From: Methanomassiliicoccaceae archaeon
Lineage (GTDB): Archaea; Thermoplasmatota; Thermoplasmata; Methanomassiliicoccales; Methanomassiliicoccaceae
DNA length: 64,000 nt
Direction of reading: 5' to 3'
NCBI GenBank assembly: GCA_963728405.1
Contig: CAVSJV010000007.1
Location: 96,001 to 160,000 of the forward strand
The notes beneath the pieces are model-generated. The model did not search any database, was not told the origin of the DNA, and worked only from the letters and a program-made list of their open reading frames with translations. Each line of letters opens with the position of its first letter. Positions within the stretch are counted from its first letter, which is position 1. A program made the translations under genes and the position numbers. Below are positions 1 to 10,624 of this stretch, one piece after another.

Positions 1-92
1 ATAATCTTCCACCATTTCTTGGACGACCTTTCTCTCTATCATGAACAATCACCGTTGATGCTAGGTGAAGGAGGTAGGGCAAATAAAGGTTA

Positions 93-1329
93 TCAGGTGA
101 CCGCACCCAGCCCCAGGGCGAAGATGACCCCCATGAGCGCCAGGGCTCCGATCGAATCGATGGCCGATGAGGTCAGGGGGATGCCGTGATCGTCGGGGTT
201 GAGCGAAAGCCGGTAGGTGAACACTGCAACATAGTAGGAGATGATGTTCAGGCACGTCACGGTCGATCAGGCCAGCGGTCAGGGAGAGGAACACCATCTC
301 CAGCAGACTGGGCGTTCCCAGGCCGAGGAGTACGGCCACGGTGTACGACGATATCCCCACCAGGGCGAACACCCACAGTGCGAACAGGTAGATGATGGCA
401 AAGTTCTCCAGGGCCGCTCGACCGGGCGTCCGGCTCGGTTTCAAGATACCCATGTGGAGCAGCGAGGAGAACCGCGAGGTCAGTATACCGCCCAGGGCGT
501 TGGCGTCCTCCAGGAAGGGAGGGATGAGCACCAGAAGTGCCGGCAACGCCACCAGGCTCTCCAGCTGCTGGTCGATGGTGACACCGGCGACGATGTCCAG
601 CAGGATGCACAGTGTCAGCACAGGGGAGCTCTGGATGAAGATCCGGCGGGCTTCCCCTGCCCCCCGGGTCAGAGCGAGGTAGGCGAGGGCGACGGTGACG
701 ATGACGAAAGCTATCGACAGCAGCAGGACGGTCCAACTGGGGGCGCCCAGGACGATTATAGCTGCCAGAAAGAGCATGGGCAGGGTCACGATATCCCCGG
801 CTGCGGTGATCAGCGGGGCGGAGATGTTGTCGATGTCCCAGTTCCGCCGGAACCCCAGGGAGGCGACCAGGATGTTGATGAGGATGAGAACAAAGCCGGC
901 CAGCACCCCCCCGAGCACGGAGATGAAGATGAAGGCCTCGAACGGGCCGGTGCTGACCCCCAGCCCTTCGGCCACGATCTTGGCCAGGACCCCCATCAGC
1001 ACCGACATGACCAGGGTCAATAGGAGGGATGACTCCATGTTGCTCCTGAGGATGCTGCCCTTACGGAACGACAGCTCGAACGTGCCGATGTGCATCGAAG
1101 TGCCCAGACGGCTCCCCAGCGCCCCATAGACGTTGCCGCGCATGCCAATGGCCGGGGGTATCAATATCATGAGCCCGGGGAGCAGCTGCAGTGTCCCGGT
1201 CATGGAGCCCAGGGTAGCGCCAGCGAGCAGGTCCCCGAGCGACGATATCATTAGGGCCACCAGGCCCAGGGTGAAGACCGATTTATTGCGAGAGAAGAAT
1301 GACCTCGTACCCTGTAGCAAACGGCTCAC
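93..1329 (-). CDS. MgtE/SLC41-family divalent cation (Mg2+) transporter, archaeal duplicated membrane-domain type
   Basis: Two repeats of the MgtE membrane motifs (LIPPAIGMRGNVYGALGSRL...DNISAPLITAAGD; LIPPFLEDANALGGILTSR). One indel near 266; the corrected frame gives NPDDHGIPLTSSAID and stops at TGA 93-95. Confidence 0.8.
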
Positions 1330-1575
1330 CCCGCATACGGAAGCCTATCATCCCTATATCAATTTCTTCAGCTAGGGTGGCTATATTGGCGGATGCAAGC
1401 CCCCGACCCCTCCGATAATTGATATATATCGGTTAAGGATTAATGGAATGCGTGAGTTGGTATGGCTCCGTGATGGCGTGGTGGACATCAATTGAATGGA
1501 AGAGCGGTTAGCGATATTAATATGCTGAAGAGCTTCCGTTTTACCCCGCCACGCATAGTGGGAGGATGCTGATCG

Positions 1576-2209
1576 ATGCCTTTTTTCGATGAGCCTGACA
1601 ACGAGGAGAAGGAAAACCTCACCGTCAGGGAGCTGCTCACCGAGATGAAAGACATTTCCGAAGTAGTGGTCGACCTGGCCTATGCCGCCTTGCTCTTTGA
1701 CAGCCAGGAGATCGGAGCCGAGGTAAGGCATCTGGGCTCTCGTATGGACACCCTGAACCACGAGATCAAGATCCGGATGATGCTGGCATCCCGCACCAAG
1801 GAGGACGCGGTCCAGCTGTCCGGCCTTTTACAGGTGGCGGAGGGGGCGGCGTCCATATCCAAAGCCGCCGGGGACATCGTCGAGCTCCTGGAGCTCAATC
1901 CCAAGACCACCCCCATCATCAGCCTGGTGCTCAAGGAGGCCGAGGAGAAGATCCGCCTTCTTACACTATCCGACCAATCGGACATGAAGGGCCGGACCCT
2001 AGAGGACCTGAGCGTGGAATCGGAGACTGGGATGAGGATCATCGCCATAAAGCGCGGCATCCGCTGGATCTATCGATCCGGACGAAGAGGTCAAGCTGAA
2101 GGAAGGCGACGTGATGGTCGTCCGGGGGACCGAGGACGGATTTGAACGCCTGCGCCGGTTCGCATCGGGGGCGGAACGATGGCCCGTATATCCGCCGCAG
2201 GAGGAATGA
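1576..2209 (+). CDS. PhoU + TrkA-C (RCK-C) domain protein, copy 1
   Basis: EMKDISEVVVDLAYAALL PhoU-like N-terminus and GMRIIAIKRG RCK-C motif. Indel near 2073; the corrected frame ends at TGA 2207-2209, overlapping the next ATG. Confidence 0.8.
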
Positions 2210-2796
2210 TGGGCGCCCTCGAGGACATGCTGCTGGAGATCAAGGACACCTCCGAACTGATGGTCGACCTGGCCTACTCTTCCCTATTGTACAACAACGG
2301 CGAGATCGCGGATGAGGTCTACCAGCTCGACATCAGGATGAGGGAGCTGGAGGATGAGATCCAGGAGATGGCCATCCAGAATGCCACGGTGGACAAGGAC
2401 ATCAAAACGGCGCTGCTCATCATCCGGATGGCCCACTCGGTCGGCGAGATCTCCACCGCCGCGCTCAAGATCGCCGATGTGGTGCGGAGGGACGTGCCCC
2501 CCCATCCCGTCATACAACTGTCATTGAGAGAGACGGATGTCATCATCACCGCGGTCGCGGTGGGCGGGGGCTCCGACCTGGCCGGGGCGACCCTCGGTTC
2601 GGTCAAGTTGGCGTCTAACAGTGGAATGTATGTCATCGCCATCCGGCGGGGGCGCAGGTACATCTACGGCCCCGATGCCAGCACTCCTATCATGGAGGAC
2701 GACACATTGTACGCTCGCGGTCCGGAGGATGGAGAACAGTACCTCAAGGACCTGGCCAGCGGCAAAGAGCACCTGGAAGCTAAGGACCTTAAGTAG
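2206..2796 (+). CDS. PhoU + TrkA-C (RCK-C) domain protein, copy 2
   Basis: EIKDTSELMVDLAYSSLL and GMYVIAIRRG motifs; ATGA overlap with copy 1; divergent from the MgtE-like gene. Confidence 0.85.
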   Translation: MMGALEDMLLEIKDTSELMVDLAYSSLLYNNGEIADEVYQLDIRMRELEDEIQEMAIQNATVDKDIKTALLIIRMAHSVGEISTAALKIADVVRRDVPPHPVIQLSLRETDVIITAVAVGGGSDLAGATLGSVKLASNSGMYVIAIRRGRRYIYGPDASTPIMEDDTLYARGPEDGEQYLKDLASGKEHLEAKDLK

Positions 2797-2818
2797 TCTG
2801 GATAAGGGGATGAAAAAG

Positions 2819-2891
2819 TAGCCCCGGGCAGATTCGAACTGCCGTCGCAAGGTCCAGAGCCTCGCATGATTGACCGCTACACTACGGGGCT
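2819..2891 (-). tRNA. tRNA-Gln(CTG)
   Basis: Reverse complement AGCCCCGTAGTGTAGCGGTCAATCATGCGAGGCT-CTG-GACCTTGCGACGGCAGTTCGAATCTGCCCGGGGCTA folds as a cloverleaf. Confidence 0.95.
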
Positions 2892-2968
2892 GTAGTAGTT
2901 GCCTGGAAAAAGCTCTTGGCTTTTAAATGTATCGCTCCGGGACCGGGGGGCGCCCGGTCCGCGCAGCC

Positions 2969-3608
2969 TTACTGTTTGAACTTCTTGATCGCGGCGATGA
3001 TGCGATCGTAGATCTCATCGATCTCGCCCTGACCGTTGACGTTGATCAGGATGCCCCGGTCAGCGTAGAGCTTTGACAGGGGCAAGGTCCGCTCATTGTA
3101 GACCCGGAGCCGCTCGCGCACCACTGTTCTCGGTGTCATCGGTCCGCTGGTACAGCTCCCCACCGCACTTGTCGCACTTGCCGGCGATCTTGGGCGGCTT
3201 GGCGATCAGGTGGTAGACCTCATTGCACTGCTTGCAGATGCGGCGGTTCACGATGCGGTCGACGATGATCTGCTCGTCCATGTCCAGGTTCACGGCTATG
3301 TTGACCTGGGCGATCTGGTCCAGCATCTTCGCTTGTTCCAGATTGCGCGGAAATCCGTCCAGCAAGAACCCGCCCTTCAGCCCGGCCAGTTTCTCCTGGA
3401 TAAGTCCGATGACCAGCTCGTCAGGCACGAGCTTACCGGCGTCCATGAACCCCTTGGCCTTCACGCCCAAAGGAGTGTTGTTGCGCACCGCTTCCCGCAG
3501 GAGGTCCCCAGTCGATATCAAGGTGAGGCCGAGCTCCTTGCACAGCCTCTTCGCCTGGGTGCCCTTTCCCGATCCGGGAGCGCCCAGCAGCACCATCTTA
3601 GCGTCCAT
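2969..3608 (-). CDS. adk: Adenylate kinase (Zn-lid type)
   Basis: GAPGSGKGT P-loop, ISTGDLLR, LLDGFPR, CxxC...CxxC lid. One frameshift near 3120 joins ORFs 3093-3608 and 2969-3163. Confidence 0.93.
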
Positions 3609-3680
3609 GGGAATGTCGTATATGCTCCTCCCTTAAGCCATTTTTCTCCATCCCCAATGATTTTATCAGACTGATGCGTC

Positions 3681-4241
3681 ATGGCTACGATAGGTGATGC
3701 CATGCTCGCGGGAAAGAACATCGGCCTCCGGCCCCTGCAGACCGAGGACGTCTGGTTGTTGTATAAGTGGTTCAATGACCGCCGGGTCATCGAGGACCTC
3801 GGCGCTCAGCGAGCCCTTTTCTGTGTCTCCATGGAAGAGGAGCGCAAGATCGTGGAGAGGCGGCTGTCCTCCCCCACCGACCGCGATTTCATCATATCTG
3901 ACCTCGAGAACGACAAGGCCATCGGTTGGGCTTCATTATCGCGTATCGACCAACGTAATGCCGCGGCCGAGGTATTCATCATCATCGGGGAGACCTCGGA
4001 ATGGGGAAAGGGCCGTGGTAAGGAAGTGACCAGGATGCTCGTTGAACACGCCTTCAACGTCATGAACCTTCACCGCATCTACCTACGGGTGCCGGAATAT
4101 AATCAGAGGGCCATCGCATGCTTCACCGCCTGCGGTTTCCAGAAGGACGGCGTCCTGCGCGACGACCATCACCATCTGGGCGCCTACATGTCGTCGCACC
4201 TGATGAGCGCGCTTAGGAGCGAAGGGAGGGGAGAACGATGA
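3681..4241 (+). CDS. GNAT family N-acetyltransferase (RimJ/RimL-like)
   Basis: IGETSEWGKGRG acetyl-CoA motif; NLHRIYLRV..YNQRAI..F..CGF. Confidence 0.88.
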   Translation: MATIGDAMLAGKNIGLRPLQTEDVWLLYKWFNDRRVIEDLGAQRALFCVSMEEERKIVERRLSSPTDRDFIISDLENDKAIGWASLSRIDQRNAAAEVFIIIGETSEWGKGRGKEVTRMLVEHAFNVMNLHRIYLRVPEYNQRAIACFTACGFQKDGVLRDDHHHLGAYMSSHLMSALRSEGRGER

Positions 4242-4783
4242 TCGAAGGCGCCCTGGTCCGGCTGAGGTGCCCAGAGCGAGGGGACCTGCCCACCCTGGTC
4301 AGGTGGATAAATGACCCCGAGGTCACCGAGTTCCTGCAGTTCGAGCCGCCCATGTCCCTGGAGGACGAGGAGGTATGGTACCAGGAGATGTTGAAGAGCA
4401 AGGACCGGGTCTTCGTCATCGAGAGCAAGGACGGAAAGCTTATCGGCAATATCGGCCTCATAGGGTTCGATTGGAAGAACCGGAGGACCGACATCGGCAT
4501 CATGATCGGCGAGAAGGAGGCCTGGTCCAAGGGCTATGGTACCGACGCCATCACCGTCCTGCTGCGCTACCTGTTCGGAGAGCTTAACCTCAATCGCGTC
4601 TCCCTCTTCACTGACTCCACCAACGCCCGGGCCTTGAGGTGCTACGAGAAGTGCGGCTTCCAGACCGAAGGGCTCATGCGAGAGTATCGCTTCAAGCGGG
4701 GGCGGTACATCGACTGCGTCCTCATGTCCATCCTTCGCCGGGACTGGGAACGTTCGGGCGGGCGGAAATGGCCGTCACCGTAG
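4238..4783 (+). CDS. GNAT family N-acetyltransferase (RimJ/RimL-like), tandem paralog
   Basis: IGEKEAWSKGYGT; NARALRCYEKCGF; ATGA overlap with the previous gene. Confidence 0.88.
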   Translation: MIEGALVRLRCPERGDLPTLVRWINDPEVTEFLQFEPPMSLEDEEVWYQEMLKSKDRVFVIESKDGKLIGNIGLIGFDWKNRRTDIGIMIGEKEAWSKGYGTDAITVLLRYLFGELNLNRVSLFTDSTNARALRCYEKCGFQTEGLMREYRFKRGRYIDCVLMSILRRDWERSGGRKWPSP

Positions 4784-4807
4784 GTCAACGTACGCTGGCC
4801 TCTGAGG

Positions 4808-5748
4808 TCACTTCAGCACCTCTTCATATGCTTGCATGACCCGCTTCACGATCTCGTCAGCAGAGTGCTTCTCCCTGACATAGTTACGTCCGGCCAGGCC
4901 GATCTCCCTCATCCGGGGCAGGTCACTTATGCTCTTGGCGAGGGCTTCCTTCAGCGAACCGATGTTCGGCTCGATGGTGATGACCGGGCAGCCGGGATAG
5001 AAGCGACGATACTCCTGGTCGAAGGTGGATATGGAGACCTTGCCCATGGCCATGGCCTCGAAGGTGGCCAACCCGATGATGCTCGGTATGCCCACCGTGG
5101 GGGCGTCGATGACCTGGTCGATGAGGATGTGGATCTCGCCAGCTCCTTCATGGCCGTGGCATGGTCCACGCGGTCGAGGATGACATATTCGAAGTAGAGC
5201 CCCTCTTGTTTCAGCTCCTCCAAGGCCTGATGGATGAGGTCAGTGCCCTTGGCCCTTCGATTGGTGGCCATGTGGAACACCCGCGGACTGGCCGCTGCAT
5301 CGAAGGAATATTCGTGCGCTCCCACCGGATTGGGGACGTATTCGCCGTCGGGGATCCATTTCAGCAGGTCTGGCCGGGATAGGAACTTGTGGTGGGCCAG
5401 GAACCTATAGTGCATGCCGTAACCGTCTCTGGTCTCGCTGCCGTGGTAGTGCACCACCATCGGCTTCCTCAGGTACAGCCCCATGGCCAGGACGTCCCAT
5501 CGCTTCCGATGGATGCCCCCGTGGACATGGATGATGTCGAAGCCCTTAGCGTACCGCAGGATCCGCCGCCCATTGGCGATGTCCCCGGACAGGCTTTCGT
5601 GGGTGTAGTAGAAATCCACATCGTGCGGCTCGTTCAGCGTATTGGACCAGGTCTCCATGACCACCGCGTGGTGGCCCAACCTCCGTTGGGCCTGGGCGAG
5701 CTGGTTGGCCACCCCGGCCTGGTTCTCCACGTGAAGGATCCGCATCAT
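4808..5748 (-). CDS. GT4-like glycosyltransferase
   Basis: MRILHV start, DIIHVH, VHYHGSE, RRAKGT, GLATFEAMAMGK. Frameshift near 5133. Confidence 0.75.
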
Positions 5749-5846
5749 CTCCACTGAACAGCGAACGGGTAGAAAAAGGAAAAGCTTCTTCCAGCGAAAA
5801 CTGTCCTCGGCAAGGATGATATGCTCTGGCGACAATGGTCGGACCC

Positions 5847-7035
5847 ATGGCAGAACGGAAGGACGAGGTCGCCCTGGTCGGATGCGATGACTACGATCGC
5901 GAGCGGGTCCTGACCGCAATAAGGAGACTCCTTGGAGATGCTGGGCGGTCTGGATCGTTTCGTCGCTCCCGGGCAGCGCGTTCTGCTCAAGCCAAACCTC
6001 CTCCTGGCCGCCCCGCCGGAGAAGTGCGTGACGCCCCACCCGTCGGTCGTTTTCGCGGTGGGGAAACTGCTGAAGGACCATGGGTGCAAGGTGATCATCG
6101 CCGACTCCCCCGGAGCCGGCCTGTCCTACTCCGAAGGGGGTCTCCGGAAGGTGTACGCCGCTACCGGTCTGGACAAGGTGGCCGAGGAGCTGAACATCGA
6201 ACTGAACTTCGATACCACCTACCAGGAGGTCCCCAATCCCGACGGCCGCAAGGTCAAGCGGTTCGTGGTGATCAGCCCGGCCCTGGAGGTCGATGCCATC
6301 GTTTCGGTATGCAAGGCCAAGACCCATGTTATGACTGCCATGACCGGGGCGACCAAGAACACCTTCGGCCTGCTCCCGGGCTGGGAGAAGCCCAGCTTCC
6401 ATTCCAGGATGGAATCGGCCAGCGACTTTGCGGAGATGCTGGTCGACCTGAACGATCTGATGAGGCCACGCCTCCATATCATGGACGCCATCATGGGCAT
6501 GGAAGGCGATGGGCCGAACAACGGCGACCCTCGCAAGATCGGTGCGGTGGTGGCATCGGCGAACTGCCATGCCCTGGACGTGGTCGCGGCCAGGCTCATG
6601 GGCTTCGAACCAAAGGACATCTGTACCATACGGGCAGCGATCGGAAGGGGCCATTTGGACAAGGATCTGGCCGGCGTCACGGTACGGGGGATGCGGATCG
6701 ACGACCTGGCGGTCAAGGATTTCAGGAAGCCCTCGACCTATGTGCCCGGGGGGCAGTACGAGCAGGGTCGGTTGATGCGTTCGGTTGCCAAGCTCGCCCG
6801 AGCCTACGCCCTGCGGCCCGAGGTCATCACCGAGCGGTGCGTCGGCTGCGGCCAATGCGAGAGGGTATGCCCCAAGAAGACGGTGAAGGTCAAGAATGGC
6901 AAGGCCCGGTTCAAGTACGGCGAATGCATCCGTTGCTACTGTTGCCATGAGATGTGCCCGCACGATGCCATCGCCCTGCGGCACAGCGCCGGCGGACGTC
7001 TGCTGGCCCGGATGACCGGGGGCAAAGCTCGCTAA
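5847..7035 (+). CDS. DUF362 domain Fe-S protein with C-terminal ferredoxin
   Basis: VLLKPNLL, KAKTH..T..TGATKN.FG, GMEGDGP, two CxxCxxCxxxCP motifs. Frameshift near 5925. Confidence 0.85.
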
Positions 7036-7134
7036 GGCATGTCCGCAAAATGACAAAAGCAGGCGGAGTGTGACAGGCCCGGAGCGACTTGATTATTATC
7101 CGCCTTGAACACTATCCCCCTTTCGGAAGATAAG

Positions 7135-7530
7135 ATGAAGTTCGAGGAGTTCAAGAAGGATACCGAGATCAGGGCCTCGGTCCGCAAAAAGGAATATTCC
7201 ATCGCCAAGGTCGCCACGGTCCCGACGCTGGACCAGAAGGTCTTTGCCGTGATCACGGACGGCGCCGAGATCACCGTGGTGGCGGAGGTCGATCACGGGC
7301 TCAAGGTGCTCGAGGAGGAGGAACCCTTCCGCATAATCTCCTTCGACACCAAGCTGCCGTTCGACCTGATCGGCTTCCTTGCCTATATAACAAAACTGCT
7401 GGCCGATCAGAACATAAGTTTGTTTGCCATCTCATCGTTCTCAACGGACCATATCCTGATGAAGGAGGCCTACTTGTCAAAAGCGATCGAGGTGCTCAAG
7501 GGCGCCAAGGTCAAGATCGACATGAAATGA
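7135..7530 (+). CDS. ACT-domain protein (CASTOR/ACT_7-like)
   Basis: LPFDLIGFLAYITKLLADQNISLFAISSFSTDHIL motif. Confidence 0.8.
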   Translation: MKFEEFKKDTEIRASVRKKEYSIAKVATVPTLDQKVFAVITDGAEITVVAEVDHGLKVLEEEEPFRIISFDTKLPFDLIGFLAYITKLLADQNISLFAISSFSTDHILMKEAYLSKAIEVLKGAKVKIDMK

Positions 7531-7555
7531 AAAAAGGAAGAGGGACGGTCCGTTC

Positions 7556-7966
7556 TCAGACCATCTTCTTTCCGGCGTCGTAGGTGGCGCTCTGGTTCCA
7601 GACCTCGGTAGGTTCGAAGACCCAGACCCCCCGCGCCTGCAGCCCCATGGACTTTAGGGCCGCATTCATCTGTTCGAACAACGGTCCGGCGGTGACGTAG
7701 TCCTTCACCTTGGCCCGGACCTCGTACGACTTCATCTCCATGGTCACCAGGATGGAGACCAGGCTGCCGTCGGCCTTGGCATTCTCCAGGTTCTTGCTGG
7801 TGTGCTTCATGAGGATGGCCCCGGCCATGATCATCTCGGGGCTCGCGGCCTTCAGGCTTCCCAGCTGCACCAGGTGGATGTTGCCTCCCTCGCTCTTCGT
7901 TCCCAATACCCTGGCCGACTTCGGATCGTTTATCGCTTTCATTACTTCTTCAGGTAGACCCACCAT
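7556..7966 (-). CDS. Pyridoxamine 5'-phosphate oxidase-like FMN-binding protein
   Basis: Split-barrel pattern RVLGTKS..G....MKHTSKNLE...SYEV; C-terminal GKK. Confidence 0.7.
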   Translation of the reverse strand: MVGLPEEVMKAINDPKSARVLGTKSEGGNIHLVQLGSLKAASPEMIMAGAILMKHTSKNLENAKADGSLVSILVTMEMKSYEVRAKVKDYVTAGPLFEQMNAALKSMGLQARGVWVFEPTEVWNQSATYDAGKKMV

Positions 7967-8135
7967 GGTAGTTCACCTGAATAAGGGAGGCAAGCGATAC
8001 CGCTTATAGGTTTGCGGCCTCTGCAATCATAGAAACCTCCGTAGGCCGTGATGAAGGGACGAAAACCGCATGTATCGGGTCCAAACAAAGTAAGATTTAT
8101 TATCGGACATCGGCCATGGCGTGCTCAGTGATGTC

Positions 8136-9569
8136 ATGGACCAGGACGTGGTTGCTCAGATAGGATCGATCGTTGGCGAGAAGAACTGCTCCACCCGGAT
8201 AGCGGACCTGTATACCTACGGTTTCGACTCATCCATCCATCACGTCACCCCGGATATCGTTGTCCAGCCCCGTAGCACCGAACAGGTGGCTAAGCTGATC
8301 AAACTGGCCAACTCGCTCAGGATCCCAGTAGTTCCACGCGGCGCCGGTACTGGCCTTTGCGGCGGGGCTGTGCCCCTCAAGGGCGGGATGGTCATCGATC
8401 TGACCAGGATGAACAAGATAAAGGAGGTCCGGGTCGAGGACCTCTTCTGTGTATGCGAGGCCGGTGTGGTCTACGATAGTCTGCAGAAGGCGCTCGGTCC
8501 GTTCAAGTTCACCTTCCCTCCGACCCCAGGCAGTGCCGAAGCGTGTACCATCGGCGGTATGGTCGCCACTAACGCCTCGGGCATGCGAGCCGTAAAGTAT
8601 GGGGGTACCAGGGACTATGTCCTCGGCCTGGAGGTCGTGCTCCCGACCGGTGAGATCATCAGGGTGGGGACAAGAACGCTGAAGAACGCTTCCGGATATC
8701 AGCTGGAGCGTTTGTTCGTGGGCAGCGAGGGCACTCTGGGCATAATCACCGAGGTCACCCTACGTATCGTGCCCAAGCCGAAGAAGATGGCCATGATCCT
8801 GGCGGGGTTCGATACCCTGGAGAAGGCCGGCAAGTGTGTCTCCGCGCTCATCGCCAAACCTCTCCTGCCGTCGGCGGTCGAGCTGATGGACTCGACCTGC
8901 ATCCGGGCCGTCAACAAAGCGATCAATGCCGGCCTGCCGGACGTAGCAGCGCTGTGCATGATCGAGGTCGATGGCGACCCCAAGGTCGTGGCCGAGGAGC
9001 TGATCGAGGTGGTCAAGGTGGCAGAGTCCATCGGCGCGATCGGCCTGCAGCGATCGGACGATGCCGCCCAGATGGCCAAGTGGACCAACGCCCGGAAGAG
9101 TGTCATGTCCGCCCTGTCCCGGTACGGAGAGGGCTCGGTCTCCGTCTCCCTGGCCGATGATATGGCGGTGCCCATCTCCCAGATACCCGAGGCGGTGGTC
9201 GAGTTCGGCAAGATCGCCCAGAAGTATGGCGTCATCATCGGGACCTATGGACATGCCGCCGATGGCAACCTACATACCAAGATGCTCTTGAACCCCGAGT
9301 CACCTGAATCATGGCGCAACGGGGAGAAAGCCGTCCGTGAGATCTTTGACACATGCATCCGGCTTGGCGGCACTGTCACCGGGGAGCACGGCGTCGGCAT
9401 ATCTAAGGCCCCCTACTTCCAGAAGGAGAGGGCCACTGCCCTCGGGGCGATGAGGGCTGTCAAGAACGCCCTCGATCCGAACGGCATCATGAACCCCGGC
9501 AAGATGCAGGAGTGGGAGGGTTGCATTATCCAGCATCTCAGGTACCCCTGCCCTGACCAGAAGGACTGA
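8136..9569 (+). CDS. FAD-linked oxidase, GlcD/D-lactate dehydrogenase family
   Basis: PRGAGTGLCGG, TIGGMVATNASG, GSEGTLG, GHAADGNLH, GEHGVG, MNPGK. Confidence 0.9.
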   Translation: MDQDVVAQIGSIVGEKNCSTRIADLYTYGFDSSIHHVTPDIVVQPRSTEQVAKLIKLANSLRIPVVPRGAGTGLCGGAVPLKGGMVIDLTRMNKIKEVRVEDLFCVCEAGVVYDSLQKALGPFKFTFPPTPGSAEACTIGGMVATNASGMRAVKYGGTRDYVLGLEVVLPTGEIIRVGTRTLKNASGYQLERLFVGSEGTLGIITEVTLRIVPKPKKMAMILAGFDTLEKAGKCVSALIAKPLLPSAVELMDSTCIRAVNKAINAGLPDVAALCMIEVDGDPKVVAEELIEVVKVAESIGAIGLQRSDDAAQMAKWTNARKSVMSALSRYGEGSVSVSLADDMAVPISQIPEAVVEFGKIAQKYGVIIGTYGHAADGNLHTKMLLNPESPESWRNGEKAVREIFDTCIRLGGTVTGEHGVGISKAPYFQKERATALGAMRAVKNALDPNGIMNPGKMQEWEGCIIQHLRYPCPDQKD

Positions 9570-10223
9570 TCAGAAGAAAAAGGTGGTGAAATTGGCGAGG
9601 AACGCCAGTATGCCGCAGACGCCGAAAGCGGCCACATAGATCGGAACGTTCCATCTCATCACCTTATATCCATCAAAGGGCGGGATCGGTAGCAGGTTAA
9701 ATGCTGCCAACATCAGGTTGATGGATCCGATCAGGTAGAGTGCGAAGGCCAGCAACCCTGAGTTGAGCACAACGCCGGCCGTTAGGAATGCCAGCCCCAG
9801 CCCGAGATTGGTCAGCGGCCCGACTATGCTGATGACCCCATTCTGCTTGCGGTTGATCATCCCCTGGATGTACACCGCGCCGGGTGCAGCGAAGATGAAC
9901 CCCATGAATGAGAACACCACCGCCAGCATGAGGCCGAATGGATAGGCCCGAAACTCCGCCCATGCCCCGTTCCTCTGGGCCATCACCTTGTGGGCGAACT
10001 CGTGGAGCATGAATCCGGTGAGCACCGCGGTAAGCGATACTCCAAAAGCGAACAGGAGACTGTCCATCGTGCTTAAACCGCTCACCCGCGGGGTGAGGTA
10101 GAAGAACATGGTGAACGCGAAGGTGAGCGCCGCCACGGCGATGAAGATGTTCTTCAGCTCGGTCTTGCCAAAGGTGATCTTGCCATAGCCAGGAGGTATG
10201 TATATGGTCTTCGGGTCGTACAT
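9570..10223 (-). CDS. Site-2 protease (peptidase M50) family
   Basis: HEFAH zinc motif and FNLLPIPPFDG. Confidence 0.9.
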   Translation of the reverse strand: MYDPKTIYIPPGYGKITFGKTELKNIFIAVAALTFAFTMFFYLTPRVSGLSTMDSLLFAFGVSLTAVLTGFMLHEFAHKVMAQRNGAWAEFRAYPFGLMLAVVFSFMGFIFAAPGAVYIQGMINRKQNGVISIVGPLTNLGLGLAFLTAGVVLNSGLLAFALYLIGSINLMLAAFNLLPIPPFDGYKVMRWNVPIYVAAFGVCGILAFLANFTTFFF

Positions 10224-10317
10224 CTCGCCTCCGCACTAGGGCCATCTTGCTAATAAATATTGACCCGACGCTCCCGGGTCCCCCGACAAAAGACCTGCTT
10301 TCTTCCTTCCGCCCATA

Positions 10318-10467
10318 CTATAAGATGAACGCGAGGATGGCCAGTATGATGAATGTGATGAAGAGCCACTTGGCTACCAAGAACGAGAATCCAGCTACCC
10401 CGGATAACCCGAGCAGGGCGGCAATTATGGTCGATGCGATGAACGGCACCATAAGTTCCAGTATCAT
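10318..10467 (-). CDS. Small membrane protein, DUF1328/UPF0391-like (49 aa, below ORF-track cutoff)
   Basis: Hand translation MILELMVPFIASTIIAALLGLSGVAGFSFLVAKWLFITFIILAILAFIL*; IAALLG..GVAG....AK.LF pattern. Confidence 0.7.
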   Translation of the reverse strand: MILELMVPFIASTIIAALLGLSGVAGFSFLVAKWLFITFIILAILAFIL

Positions 10468-10624
10468 TCCTATCGACCCCCGTTGCGCCTCATGATCATT
10501 TAAGTGCCAGGCCAGCCATATTGGCTCTTTCGGTCATCTGGTCTTCGATCGGACGGCTGGTCAGGCCGGCTGTCCGCCTGAGCAAAAGCTCTTATCATCA
10601 TGCCCAATCTCCAACCTCGACCCG

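Noticed and set aside
2969-3608. adk and other core genes as pseudogenes or programmed frameshifts
   Set aside because: Single indels with no further decay or slippery sites; sequencing error is more likely.
4951-7056. 701-aa minus-strand ORF
   Set aside because: Antisense shadow of the DUF362 gene run into the real glycosyltransferase frame; only the part from 5748 down is credible.
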